This document shows, piece after piece, positions 43,600 through 55,559 of a stretch of 64,000 bases of DNA. The notes under the pieces are model-generated. The model was not told the origin of the DNA and searched no databases. It worked only from the letters and a program-made list of their open reading frames with translations. The translations under genes were made by a program, and so were the position numbers. Each line of letters starts with the position of its first letter. The first letter of the stretch is position 1. This stretch comes from Anthoceros angustus (lineage: Eukaryota; Plantae; Anthocerotophyta). The stretch lies in the NCBI GenBank assembly GCA_010909165.1, contig MU008184.1:434001-498000 (forward strand). Direction: 5' to 3'.

Positions 43600-44090
43600 G
43601 TGGTCAAGAGGTGTGGTGAGATCGACCGCGGCTGCTGGGAAGATGTGGGTCAGGCCCATTTCACCCATCCTGACTGGCAAGCTGAACTGGAAAAACAATC
43701 TCGGAGTGGGATGGCACGACTGGATGCCGTACAAGAAGGTTGAACACTGCATAGCGACTTAGCGAGGTGAAATAGACTCGGATGATCCCAAGTTGAAGCA
43801 GCTGACGTCTAGACTCGGTGACAAGCCGTACAATGGGGTTGCCACTGCATTGAAGGAAATCCAGGAGCACAAATTTAACGGTCGGTACCCAATCCCAACT
43901 CCTTGGAACCATAGCGCTTGGCAACGACGGCGACGTCTACAAGAGGCCGGCCCGCGATGGTACGCGAGGTCGTCCACCACTTGGGAAGTATAATGAAGAC
44001 AACGAAGGCCGAGAACAAGGGGTTGCCGAAGAAAATCACAAAGCTTGAGGGTGGCGCTAAGAGGAAGAAGACTGCTGCTGCATCCTAGAC
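43600..44090 (+). pseudogene. Truncated XH-domain duplicate (array copy 2)
   Basis: VKRCGEID...VATALKEIQEHKFNGRYPIPTPWN, with deletions and frameshifts. Confidence 0.85.
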
Positions 44091-44319
44091 GGCAGGCAGG
44101 TCTACGAATTTTGCACCCATGGTTTCCCTTGTCAGCAAAGGGCTGGAACAGAAGCCAAAATGACCATAGTGCCAGCGGGCTAGACTTTGAATTCACAAAA
44201 ATCCGTATCGTATCGAGGGATTGATCGGGTGAGTCAGTCACATCACATGCATGTCAAGTTCACGCTCCAAGGATACAAACATTACTCCCCTCAACTGCAT
44301 GCACAGACCGGTGCTCTCC

Positions 44320-45330
44320 TGTCTCCAGCTTCAAATGCGTTCCAGTCCTGCATGTCGGCAATGCTTTACTCTCGGACCTTGGCCTGGTGAGCCTGGACAA
44401 CGTTATCGTCTGCAGCCTGGCGGAGCTCTGGCGACGCTGAGCAGAAGAACCTGGAGAACGAGATTCAGCAACAAAAGCTGTTTCTTGCCCAATCCACTGG
44501 AAAAATCGCAGATTTGAAGGAGAAACTGAAGGATCTTAGAAGGACGGCGCATTGGATATGGTTACCGACTTGACTGGGTCCCATCGTAAGGCAGTAGACG
44601 AACTGGAGGATGCGAAGAAAGCAACAGTGAAGATTCTTTGATGTCTTTACCTGTTAATTTTAGATATCGTTTGCTGTGAGGCTGGCGTGTTCCTTTTGCA
44701 TGCCCGTGGTGTAAGCTTTCGTCTTCCGACTGTCTTGTACAGGTGATCCAAGCTGTTAACGAGAATGTCCTAGCGGGTATTGGAGTCAAGAGGTGCGGTG
44801 AGATCGACGAGTACTGCTGGGAACCATCCTGACTGGCAAGCTAAACTTGCAAAACTAAGCTCAGCATGGGATGTTATGATAAAGAAGCACGACTGGTTTC
44901 TGTACAAGAAGGTCTACCTCGACTCGGTGCGAACAAAGGTGAGGCCTTCTGTGACTCTGTTGCATCATCCAGTGGAGAGAGGAAGTAGACCCGGAAGATC
45001 CCGTGTTGAAGCAACTGAGGGCTAAATTCGGTGAAAAGCCCCACAATAGGGTAGCCACTGCATTGAAGGAATCCAGGAGTACAATTCCAGCGGTCGGTAC
45101 CCAATCCCAACTCCTTGGAACTTTGCTGCAGGGGGCAGCAACCCCTTTACACGAGGCCGGGCAGCAACCCTAGAAGAGGTCGTCAACCAGTTGGGGAATA
45201 TGATCACAACAGCGCAGACAGCGAACCGGAAGTTGCAGGCAGAAATCACAAAGCTTAAGGGTGCTAACGGTGGAACGGGGGAGAGAGGTAACAAACAGGA
45301 AGAAGACTTCGGCTGAATCTTGGACGGCAG
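44320..45330 (+). pseudogene. Internally deleted XH-domain duplicate (array copy 3)
   Basis: The 5' region is homologous to 48830-48960 and joins at TGAGC to the coiled-coil exon homologous to 42320+. XH exons carry frameshifts. Confidence 0.85.
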
Positions 45331-45759
45331 TCAGGTCTGCGAATTTTGCATCCCGCTGGAAAGATTGCAGGAGAGAAGCTAGTCGAACGGAAAATGTTTC
45401 TCAAGACCGCTGCCTTCAGCCAGTTGATCCCCTATCAGCCTCACATCCCGATACTATGACGCTGAATTCAGGGCCGCCAGTCGCTCTATTTTAGGTCAGT
45501 TGGTGCGTTCATCGGTGACGTTGCAGCGTGAAGTAAACAGCGTGGAGCGATTGACGCGGCATCTGCCATTAACAGAGCCTCTCGTATGATTGCTCTCCTT
45601 GATGATAATCCTTCATGCTTTTGGGAATGAAAACATACTAGCGAGAACAGGAACCACATACATCAAGACCTGATGTGTAAAAAAGCAATGTGTGAGTGTC
45701 TGGAAGGATGGGATTCTTGAAACCGATGCTGTTAGCGTTTAGTATCGAGTCATGCAATT

Positions 45760-46130
45760 GTAATGCTCAAGAGTAGGTTTGATGCCATGCTATTCAGCCA
45801 TGGAATTAAAGTGCTTGCAACCCTCATAGACCAGTCCTCATGCCTGCATGCAAGCTTCTAAAAGGCAAGTAAAAATAGTGCTTATGCAAAACAAACTAGC
45901 ATCTGTGAGTGGAGCTGCATGCCCCTCTATAAATCATCAGTGCTTGCACAGGCATTCGAAAGGCAAGAAAAGCAAACATGGTCAGCTAAAATCAGGCCCT
46001 CATCCTCCTAGCCTCTTGGCCGAGCCCTTGCTCGGCATATCCGGCTATCAGGCGGTCCATGACACCAGATCCGTTGTGTTCATGCTGTCAAAAACTTGGC
46101 ATGCATCTTCAAGTTCACCCATCGAAAGAT
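45760..46130 (-). pseudogene. PLS-class PPR fragment
   Basis: Degenerate homology to the L2, P, L and S motifs of the PPR gene at 52140-52700. Confidence 0.75.
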
Positions 46131-46223
46131 TCCTGAATTCCGCTAGTCTTGCACATGCTCGTGATCAAAGTCGGCGAATTTGGGTGCCATAATCCGCTGG
46201 TGCGCAAAAGGAAGTGGCATACA

Positions 46224-46313
46224 CGGTTGTGAAAAGGATGAGTGGGTGGTAATCGGTTGTGAAAAGGATGAGTTGGTGGTGCTCCGTTGTGAAAAGGATG
46301 AGTTGGTGGTAAC
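46224..46313. repeat. Tandem repeat, 3 x 30 bp (CGGTTGTGAAAAGGATGAG...)
   Basis: Copies start at 46224, 46254 and 46284. Confidence 0.9.
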
Positions 46314-46564
46314 TATGATTGACTTCGAAAAAAACGAAACAGATTATATTAGAAAATTATTCACTTATCGGCTCACAAATTGCCGGAAAACCTCTCGGTC
46401 ATGGGTAAACTTTGTTATAAGTACTTAAAATAAACGCATTAGTGTAGACATAATCAATAGTTTATAAGTTTAGAAACCCTTGCTAGTATATATGAAGGTT
46501 TAGGGATGTGAAGAGCTAGAGAAGGAGAATTGTGTTTCGTGAATGGTTATCACTTTGTGTCATA

Positions 46565-46835
46565 GTCTATATTTAATGGTAATAACTTTGTATCATTGTC
46601 TATATTTAATGGTTGTAACTTTGTATCGCAGTCTATATTTATGGTTAACAACAGCGTAACAAGTTTATGAGTTGTTGGGCTACTTAGATTCGTGGTGTGG
46701 TATTTGGTTTAGTGTAAAATATTATTCCTACAACTTTCTCAATTGTGACGTACAAAGCAAAAAAACTTTTGCGGTTTAGTAGGGTGAAATATTATTTCTA
46801 AAACTTTATCAATTACGACGTACAAGCAAAAGAAA
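46565..46835. repeat. AT-rich tandem repeats upstream of gag (3 x 33 bp, then 2 x about 73 bp)
   Basis: GTCTATATTTAATGGT units at 46565, 46598 and 46631; GTGAAATATTATT...GACGTACAA...TTTTGCG occurs twice. Confidence 0.8.
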
Positions 46836-46837
46836 TT

Positions 46838-48322
46838 TTGCGTCAAAGGTCTGTTATAGAAGTATCACTATCTATTCAGATGGCAAATACTAAGTTACCT
46901 CCTATGCCAATAATCTATTATACCCTTGCTGAAGATGTGCTTGAAAAGGTTATACAAAAACAGCTCGCAAAGCGAATGGCACAATACCACATAGAGGTTA
47001 GAAATAAATCTTTCAAACAACAAGAACAGGAAATGAGCATGAACAGGGCGCAATATTGTGAGGAGTTTATGTATGAACCTCAAGAACGAAACGCAAAGAC
47101 AATGGAAAAAACTGAGTTACCTGCTATGCCCATAGTCTATTATACTCTCGCTGAAGATGTACTGCAAAATGTTATAGAAAAACAGGTTGCAGAGAGGATG
47201 GCACAATACCACATAGAGGTTAGAAATAAATCTTTCAAACCTCAAGAACAAAAGACTAGCGCGGACATAGCTCAAGACTATGAGGAGGCTATATATGAAC
47301 CTCAAGAACGAAACAGAAGCGCAAAGATAATTGCAAAAACTAAGTTACGTGCTACACCCATAATCAATTATACTCTCGCTGAAGATGTGCTTGAAAAGGT
47401 GATAGAAAAACAAGTTACAGAGCGGATAGCACAATACCACATGGAGGTGAGAAATAAACAAGAAGAACAGGGAATGAGCACGAACATGGAGCAAAAGTAT
47501 GAGGGGTTTAGATATGAACCTCAAGAACGGAAGACGATCGCGAAGATAGCGCAAGACTATGAGGAGCTCAGATATAAACCTCAAGAACAGGAGATGACTG
47601 GGGAGAGTGCTACACCAAAGGAGCAACATATGATACATCTTCCATTTCCAGATAAGTATGAAGGTGAACCAGATGTTGACTCTTGGCTATTTTCTATGGA
47701 ATCTTATTTCACTGCATATCAAGTTTCACAACAACATTATCTTAATTATATTGCAAGCTTCTTGAAAGGACGTGCCTTGACATGGTGGAGAATTCATATA
47801 GAAAAGGTTAAACAAGGTAATAGGATAAACTCCATTAGGGATTGGGCAAGTTTTAAAAGTACTTTGAAAAGACAATTTCAACCGGACACTTATATATCTA
47901 GGTTAAATGAAGAGGAATTGCAGTACAAAAATAGGTTGAATGAAAAGATGCTTGACAATGTCAGACAAACTGGAACTCTCAAAAAATATGTGAATGATTT
48001 TAGTGAGGTTATTTTGCTATTTCCTAATATGACACAAGTTGAAAAGCTTCATAGATTTATGCAAGGTCTCAATTACTCGACTGCTAATAAAATCAAGCCC
48101 TTCCTACCCGAGACTCTTGAGGAAGCCATATCAATTGCAGATACTATATTTCAAGACACTTGTCCGACGACTAGAGCTACCAACCGAGCTGCACCATATG
48201 TTCTACCAAAACGTAGAAAAGAAAACATCAGAGGAGCTGCACCATATGTTCTACTAAAACGCAATCAAGGAAACGTTAGAGGGGCTCATAGATATCAAAG
48301 AGGCCCAAATTTTGGTGTGTAA
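46838..48322 (+). mobile_element. Ty3/gypsy-type gag ORF (494 aa) with three N-terminal 74-76 aa repeats and no pol
   Basis: PDKYEGEPDVDSWLFSMESYF, FLKGRALTWW, WASFKSTLKRQF, VRQTGTLKKYVNDF, EKLHRFMQGL. YTLAEDVL repeat cores at 46928, 47150 and 47378. Confidence 0.85.
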
Positions 48323-48993
48323 TTCAATTGTAAATGTTGGAACTTAAGATATCAATAGCTAGCTACAGGTTTTAAAATGTGACTAGCGTGTGTGTATGTG
48401 TGTTATACTATTTGGCAAAAGGGCACCCAAAACTCCAGCCCCCTACCATATTAAAATCATTCACATATTTGTTTTTGTCATTGGCTAACACAACATGTAC
48501 ATCTTGAAGCCTATGACCTGGTTTCCAGGATGTCAGCCAGCTTTGTTGAGCTATTTTGCGAAAGAAAGTTCAATTGCTAGAGTTGTGTGACATAGTAGCC
48601 ACATACACCCCCTAAGTGCAAGTAGGTTTACAGTTCATATCGGGATTTAATAGTTCAATCCGGGCAGTATGTGTGAACCGGTGCTTACTAGCCTCTGCAG
48701 TTCTAGAGACTACTTACGTACTTGCCTGTGGAGCTCACGCTCCAAGGACTCAACCTGTATTATATTACTCCGTGATCCCGTGAACTGTACAGACCCGTAC
48801 TGCGATTGCATTTTGAACTGAAAGACGGCTGCGTCCAGCTTCAAATAGTTCCCAGTCCTGGACGCGGGCGATGCTTTGAGCTTGGGCGTTGCCTGGCGAG
48901 CCTGGGCAGCAGCATCGTGATTCGTTTGTAGCCTGGCGGAGATCTGGAGACGCTGAGCTCTGTTTTGTGGTGTGCGCGCCTGCAGCAGGAGCG

Positions 48994-50696
48994 ATGGAAG
49001 ACGTGTTCATGGACGCCTCGAGCAGCGACGAGGATGTAGAGGAGATGCGGGAATTCGAAGCTGCAGCCATGGAGGGCCTCAGGTCCGGGGAGCTCGTGGT
49101 CCCCAATGTCGACGGAACGCATCGCTGCCCGTTTTGTCCCACCGAGAAGCTGCAGGCGTTCAAGTACAAGGAGCTCTACTACCACGCCAAGGGCGTCGGG
49201 GTGGGATCCAGGGGCAGCGAGACCAGAGGCCAGCACCGCGCGCTCTTCAACTTCCTGCTGGAGAAGCATCGGGAAGGTGGGTTTGTGTGAGTGCAGTGGC
49301 AAGTTGTCATGTTTGGGACGTTTCCTGTCACTGGCTGGCAGGGGTGCGGCGGTGACGTTGTGCGTTTCGTTTTTGGCAGAGCGGCTCCAGAAGATTAACG
49401 GCACGGAGGCTGCCGAGCAGGAGAAGCAGAGACAAGGTTTGGGACGCCCAGCTGTGGTTTGTCATGGTTTCGTGTTTCCAGGTTTCCGGCCTCTGTTGCC
49501 AACAGTTAGTGATTTGTGACAGAGAGGGAAACCCGGAGGTCTGAAGTGCTCGGATTTGAAAGAGAAGAGGTGAAGCTTTCTCTCTTTGCTTTTCCTTCGC
49601 AAATGAGGTGAAGCGTTCTCTCGTTTCTTTTCCTTAGCAAATGAGGTGAAGCTTTCTTGCCCTTAGTGCCGACGAGCCGGGGAGGGGAGCGGTTGAGGGT
49701 TTCAAGTCTTTTCACTAACCAGGCCTGGTTCGGACAGAATGAAAAGCAACTGGAAACTGTCACCAGAGAAGTGAGCAGGTTGCGCGAGGAGCAGCTAAGC
49801 CTCATAGCGAAGTACGAGGCGAAACTGAAGGAACTTGAAGAAGAGAGAGACGACGCATTGGATTTGGTTAACGACTTGGCTGTGTCCCATCGTCAGGCAG
49901 TAGACGAACTGGTAGAGGCGAAGAAGGCAGCAGTGAAGGTACAAGACCTTGAATGTCTCTGTCTGTTAATTTTGGATATGATTTGCTGTGAAGCTGGCTT
50001 TTTCCTTTGCATGCCTGTGGTGTAAGCTTTCGTCTTCCGACTTTATTGTACAGGTGCTTCAAGTTGTTAACGAGGATGTCGAGGCGAGTATTGGGGTCAA
50101 GCGGTGTGGTGAGATCGACTACCGCTGCTGGGAAGATGTAGGTCAGGCCCATTTCAACCATCCTGACTGGCAAGCTGAACTTGCAATAATCAGCTCAGAA
50201 TGGAATGACATGGTAAAGAGGCACGACTGGTATCCGTACAAGAATGTCTACCTCGACCAGGAGCGAACGAAGGTGAGGATTTCTGACATGTTTTATTGCG
50301 TTCCTTGACAAGGGTGTTCAACACTGCGTACCGAGCTGAGTCATATGCTGCTGTGACTCTGTTCCCATGGTGCAGTTCACAGAGGAAGTAGACTCGGACG
50401 ATCCCCTGTTGACGCAGCTGAGGGCTAAATTCGGTGACAAGGTTTGCAATGGGGTTGCCACTGCATTGAAGGAAATCCAGGAGCACAATCCTTGCGGTCG
50501 GTACCCTGTGCCAACTCCTTGGAACTTTTCTGCAGAGGGCAGCAACCTCCCCACAACAGGCCGGGCAGCGACCCTACAAGAGGTGGTCAACCACTTGGGG
50601 GAGATGATGAAAAAAGCGAAGGCCCCTATGGCTCCAATCCTCGACGGCAGGGAGGTCTACAAAGTGTCTGAGGTCGTAGATAAATTTGAGTCTTGA
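48994..50696 (+). CDS. FDM-like protein with zf-XS, a short coiled coil and XH, lacking the XS domain (array copy 4)
   Basis: HRCPFCPTEK...ELYYHAKGVG. The exons traced through GT-AG junctions splice in frame to the XH domain (IGVKRCGEID, EHNPCGRYPVPTPWNF, RAATLQEVV). Confidence 0.8.
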
Positions 50697-50959
50697 GAGC
50701 CTCAATTGTGTAAACCTGCATCTGACTACTAAATAGCTGGAAACCTTGTGATTGCCGTGCCCTAGCTAGATATTTCGAGGTGTTCTGGAATCACTGCACC
50801 CTAGGTCAGCTGGCTGTCATCATCTGGATGCAGTTCATTTTCGGCATAGCATAGCTCGGCCTCGCATGTGGATTTCTGCAAGAGTCGTGATGAGTAATGT
50901 GCTACGACGTTCTTGTGAGAATTAGCAGGAGTGTTACAACCGTGTCTGTCTGCCTTGAT

Positions 50960-51170
50960 CGGCCTCGCATGTGGGTGAACATGTATGAAAAATGTGGGGG
51001 ACTTGAAGATGCATGCCGGGTTTCAAAAACTTGGCCACGAAGGATGTGGTGACAGGGAATGCCCTGATTGATGAGTGCGCCCAGCAAGGGCTCGGACATC
51101 AAGCTCTTGGTGTGTATGCACAAATGGAGCAGAAGCGCCTGATTTTGGCTAACCAAGTTACTTTTGTTTG
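50960..51170 (+). pseudogene. PPR S+P motif fragment, inverted relative to the adjacent PPR gene
   Basis: VNMYEKCGGLEDACRV / ATKDVVTGNALIDECAQQGLGHQALGVYAQMEQKRLILANQVTFV. Confidence 0.85.
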
Positions 51171-51470
51171 CCCCGAAGGATAGTGGAGACAATTTTTCAT
51201 TCGGTAACCAAGCGGATGCGTTAAGTGTCCTTGGTTAACGCTGGATTAATTGAATCAGTCTAAAATTTGTTCGTTTCAGAAAGAAAGATTCCTCCTTCGA
51301 TTCATCTCCTCTAAAATGATTTCAGGTGGCTCAGTGCTAGCCATCCAAGTCCATGTCCCAAGCTCGGTCAGGGACGAAGTTAAGAACGCTCATTCACCCC
51401 CAAAGAAAAAAAGCCATACACTTTCTCGGGCGAACACACTTGAGCACGGGCTGGTCCTTCATTATTCTCA

Positions 51471-54400
51471 TCAGGGTCGACCCTTACAACTGCAACAACC
51501 ATTTGCGAATCGATGCACACGGTAACCGTCCCTTACAACAATGTCCCTCTGTTCAAGCCTTGACATGATCTCCGTGGAACTGTGGCAGTCACTGCACATG
51601 CGTAGATTCTTCGTTACCACCAGAGGTGTCCCACTCGGAGTGTTCAAGAGACCAAACGCCAGAGCTAGCTTCTCGGCATGCCCACAAAGCGCATCTTCCT
51701 TTTCCTTCTCAGACAGTGGCTTCAACACCAACTTTGTGTGAGGTACGTGGCCTCCTTCCTGCTTCAGACGTGCATTCGTACTCTCTACCTTTAGCGCAAT
51801 ATCATCTCTTCTTTCTCCCACCGCAAACTTATGTACATGCTTCTTCACCTCAATGGTCGCCACTGCAGGTTTCTTGTTAGCTCCTGCAACCGTTCTCTGT
51901 GTTTCTACCCTGTCAACATCGCTCCACATACCTGCATCTGCGTAGGCATTGGCCATGAGCACATACGCAGACGCCCCTTGAGGGTCCAGCCTAACAATTC
52001 TTTCAAAACACCACACCGCCTTCTCTATATCCCCGTGACTTTTGCAGGCATTCAACAAAGTCGTCAAGCCCACAACATTACTTTGACCCTCACATGATAA
52101 TAGCATCTTCTCTGCCTCATCTAAATGGCCTGCACGCCCAAGAAGATCAATCATGCAGTTGTAATGCTCAGTAGTGGGTTTGATGCCATGCTGTTCATCC
52201 ATGGAATCAAAGTGCTTGCGACCCTCGAGGACCAGTCCCTCATGACTGCATGCTGCTAAAAGGCAGGTAAAAGTTGCATCATCAGGCTGAACACCGGCAG
52301 CTAACATCTCTTCAAAACAAGCTAGTGCTCTGTGGGCATCGTCACAAGTACCATACCCAGATATCAGGGCATTCCATGTCACCACATCCTTTGTGTTCAT
52401 GCTGTCAAAAACCTGGCGCGCAGCTTTCAGTTCACCACATTTTGCATACATGTCCACCAGGCAGTTGCCCAACACATATCCAGGAGTCCTCTTTCAACAA
52501 TCTGTGAGTGCAGCTCCCTGCCCATCTGTAAGGCACCAGTGCTTGCACAGGCCTTGAGAAGGCAAGCAAAAGTAAAATGGTCAGCCAAAATCAGGCCCTC
52601 CTGCTCCATTTGTCCATACAAAACAAGTGCCTCATTCCCAAGCCCTTGCTGGGCATACCCAGCAATCAGCACCGTCCATGCCACCACATCCTTGGTGGCC
52701 AAGCTTTCAAAGACCTGGCGTGCATCTTCGAGTTCACCACATTTTGCATACATGTCCATCAGGCAGGTGCCCAACACTACGTTATCCAGCAGTCCCCTCT
52801 CCACAATCTGTGAGTGCAGCTGCCTGCCCTTCTGTAAGGCACGAGCACTTGCACAGGCCTTCAGAAGGCAAGCAAAAGTGACATTATTAGCCAGAATCAG
52901 GCCTTCTTGCTCCATTTGTTCATACACAACAAGCACCTCATGTCCGAGTCCTTGCTGTGCATACCCAGCGATCAGGGCATTCCATGTCACCACATTCTTT
53001 GTGGCCAAGCTGTCAAAAACCTGGCGTGCAGCTTCCAGTTCACCACATTTAGCATACATGTCCACCAGGCAGTTGCCCACCACTACGTTCATCCAGCAGT
53101 CCTCTTCACAATCTGTGAGTGCAGCTGCCTGCCCTTCTGTAAGGCACCAGTGCTTGCACAGGCCTTCAGAAGGCAAGCAAAAGTAACATGGTCAGCCAAA
53201 ATCAGGCCGTCTTGCTCAATCTGTGCATACAAAACAAGCGCCTCCTGGCCGAGTCCTTGCTGTGCATACCCAGATATCAGAGCATTCCATGTCACCACAT
53301 CCTTTGTGGCCATGCTGTCAAGAACCTGACGTGCATCTTCCAGTTCACCACATTTTGCATACATGTCCACGAGGCAGGTGCCGACCAGTGCATCATTCAT
53401 TAGTCCTCTTTCCACAATCTGTGAGTGCAGCTGCCTGCCCTTCTGTACGACACCAGTGCTTGCACAGGCCTTCAGAAGGCAAGCAAAAGTAACATGGTTA
53501 GCCAAAATCAGGCCTTCTTGCTCCATTTGTTCATACACAACAAGCGCCTCATGTCCTAGTCCTTGCTGTGCATACCCAGCAATCAGGGCATTCCATGTCA
53601 CCACATCCTTTGTGGCCAAGCTGTCAAAACCTGGCGTGCATCTTCCAGTTCACCACATTTTGCATACATGTCCACCAGGCAGTTGCCCACCAGTCATCAT
53701 CCAGCAGTCCTCTTTCGACAATCTGAGTGCAGCTGCCTGCCCTTCTGTAAGGCACCAGTGCTTGCACAGGCCTTCAGAAGGCAAGCAAAAACATGGTCAG
53801 CCAAAATGGCCTCCTGCTCCATTTGTCCATACACAACAAGCGCCTCATGTCCGAGCCCTGTGCATACCCAGCAATCAGGGCATTCCATGTCACCACATCC
53901 TTTGTGGCCAAGCTGTCAAAACCTGGCGTGCATCTTCCAGTTCACCACATTTTGCATACATGTCCACCAGGCAGTTGCCCACTACGTTATCCAGCAGTCC
54001 TCGACAATCTGAGTGCAGCTGCCTGCCCTTCTGTAAGGCACCAGTGCTTGCACAGGCCTTCAGAAGGCAAGCAAAAGTAACATGGTCAGCCAAAATCAGG
54101 CCCTCCTGCTCCATTTGTCCATACACAACAAGCGCCTCATGTCCGAGCCCTGTGCATACCCAGCAATCAGGGCATTCCATGTCACCACATCCTTTGTGGC
54201 CAAGCTGTCAAAAACCTGGCGTGCATCTTCCAGGTCACCACATTTTGCATACATGTCCACAAGGCAGTTGCCCACAACTACGTTATGCAGCAGTCCTCTT
54301 TCGACAATCTGCGAGTGCAGCTGCCTGCCCTTTTGTAAGGCACCAGTGCTTGCACAGGCCTTTAGAAGGCAAGCAAAGGTAACACTGTCAGCCAAAATGA

Positions 54401-55110
54401 GGCCCTCCTCCTCCATTTGTCCATACACAACAAGCGCCTCTGTGCCGAGTCCTTGCTGTGCATACCCAGATAGTAGGGCATTCCACGTCACCACGTCCTT
54501 GGAGGCCATGCCGTCAAAAACCTGGCGTGCATCTTTCAGTTCACCACATTTTGCATACATGTCCACCAGGCAGGTGCCAACAAACAAGTCAGGAGGAATG
54601 CCACTGTGCAACACATCACAGTGCACTTTTCTGCCAGATTCCAAGTCGGCCGCCAATGCACAAGCTTGAAGGGCAGCTATAAAGACGTGAGCATCCGCCT
54701 TCAAACCTGACCTCGTCATCTCATGGTACAGTTGCATGGCCTCCTTAGGTTTCCCATGCTTAGCATATGCAGAGATGATGGAAGACCACATGAAGGCATC
54801 TGGTTTGCCCACCCTGGTGAGCACATCCATGGCCTCCTCTAGCCTACCTCCGCAAGCATACATGCGCAGGATATGGTTCCCCAAGTATGCATTCGACTCG
54901 TACCCAAGTTTGACACTGAGATCATGAACTCGTCGCCCACAACCAAATCCTTCTTAGCTGTACACAGTTTAGCACAGTGTAAAACAGAGACTGAGAAATG
55001 GCAGAGTCTGTCTGCGCCAGAGATTCCAGGGCTCCAACGGCCTCAGAAAGCTTCCCTGCTGACATAACATGCTCACGGTTCAGCCGTACGACATTCCGAT
55101 CCTGCACGCC
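51471..55110 (-). CDS. PLS-class PPR protein with E1/E2 and a DYW:KP (GRP-type) deaminase-like domain; candidate U-to-C organellar RNA editing factor; frameshifted in this sequence
   Basis: About 8 P-L-S triplets plus P2-L2-S2 and E1/E2, then KKPAVATIEV, GHAEKLALAFGLLNTP, KNLRMCSDCH, RDGYRVHRF..GCCSCKGRP*. Confidence 0.93.
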
Positions 55111-55559
55111 CCATGTTCAGGATTATCCGGAGAGCTCGACTTGGAAGGAGAGGCACCATGACCCAGCTGCATATCCAAGGAATTGAGCTGCTCATCAACC
55201 CAAGCGGGCTTATACACGTTGTTTAACCACAGGACCTCGCCGGACCCCTTACGCCGGAAGTCAGGTGAACGGGGGCTCTTCTTATCTCGTCTGTTGTCCC
55301 ACCACATGGCAGGGTCCAGAAATAATTGTTGCCACAAGTGCTCCTGCTCCTGGCGACGACCATCGTTGGAAACCCCGTCCACACCAACGCTTATCATCGG
55401 AAGTGGAAGCGCTGGGCTCCTAACACTGCTGCACCAGGAGGCTCTGGTTGCCAGGGGTTGACTCCCTAAGATGTGGTGAGCGGGGGCTCCTTGTAGAATC
55501 CCTGTACACACACCAATTTGCTGGGTCCACGGCAGGTCTGGTTGCCATACTGTGCCCAT
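55080..55559 (-). CDS. ORF with an OSB-type PDF motif, probable N-terminus of the PPR-DYW:KP gene
   Basis: LWQQLFLDPAMWWDNRRDKKSPRSPDFRRKGSGEVLWLNNVYKPAWVDEQL. It overlaps the PPR N-terminal frame at a GGGG run near 55110. Confidence 0.75.
   Translation of the reverse strand: MGTVWQPDLPWTQQIGVCTGILQGAPAHHILGSQPLATRASWCSSVRSPALPLPMISVGVDGVSNDGRRQEQEHLWQQLFLDPAMWWDNRRDKKSPRSPDFRRKGSGEVLWLNNVYKPAWVDEQLNSLDMQLGHGASPSKSSSPDNPEHGACRIGMSYG

Noticed and set aside
48640-48710. Helitron-like 3' end (CTAG) after the gag ORF
   Set aside because: No convincing GC-rich hairpin upstream of the CTAG and no matching 5' TC terminus identified.
49565-49660. Short ~38-bp tandem repeat duplicating the GAGGTGAAGC splice donor in FDM copy 4
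   Set aside because: Real but minor. It lies in an intron, also partly present in copy 1, and there is no evidence of alternative donor use.
53363-54669. Plus-strand repetitive ORFs (339 and 195 aa)
   Set aside because: Antisense of the PPR repeats.
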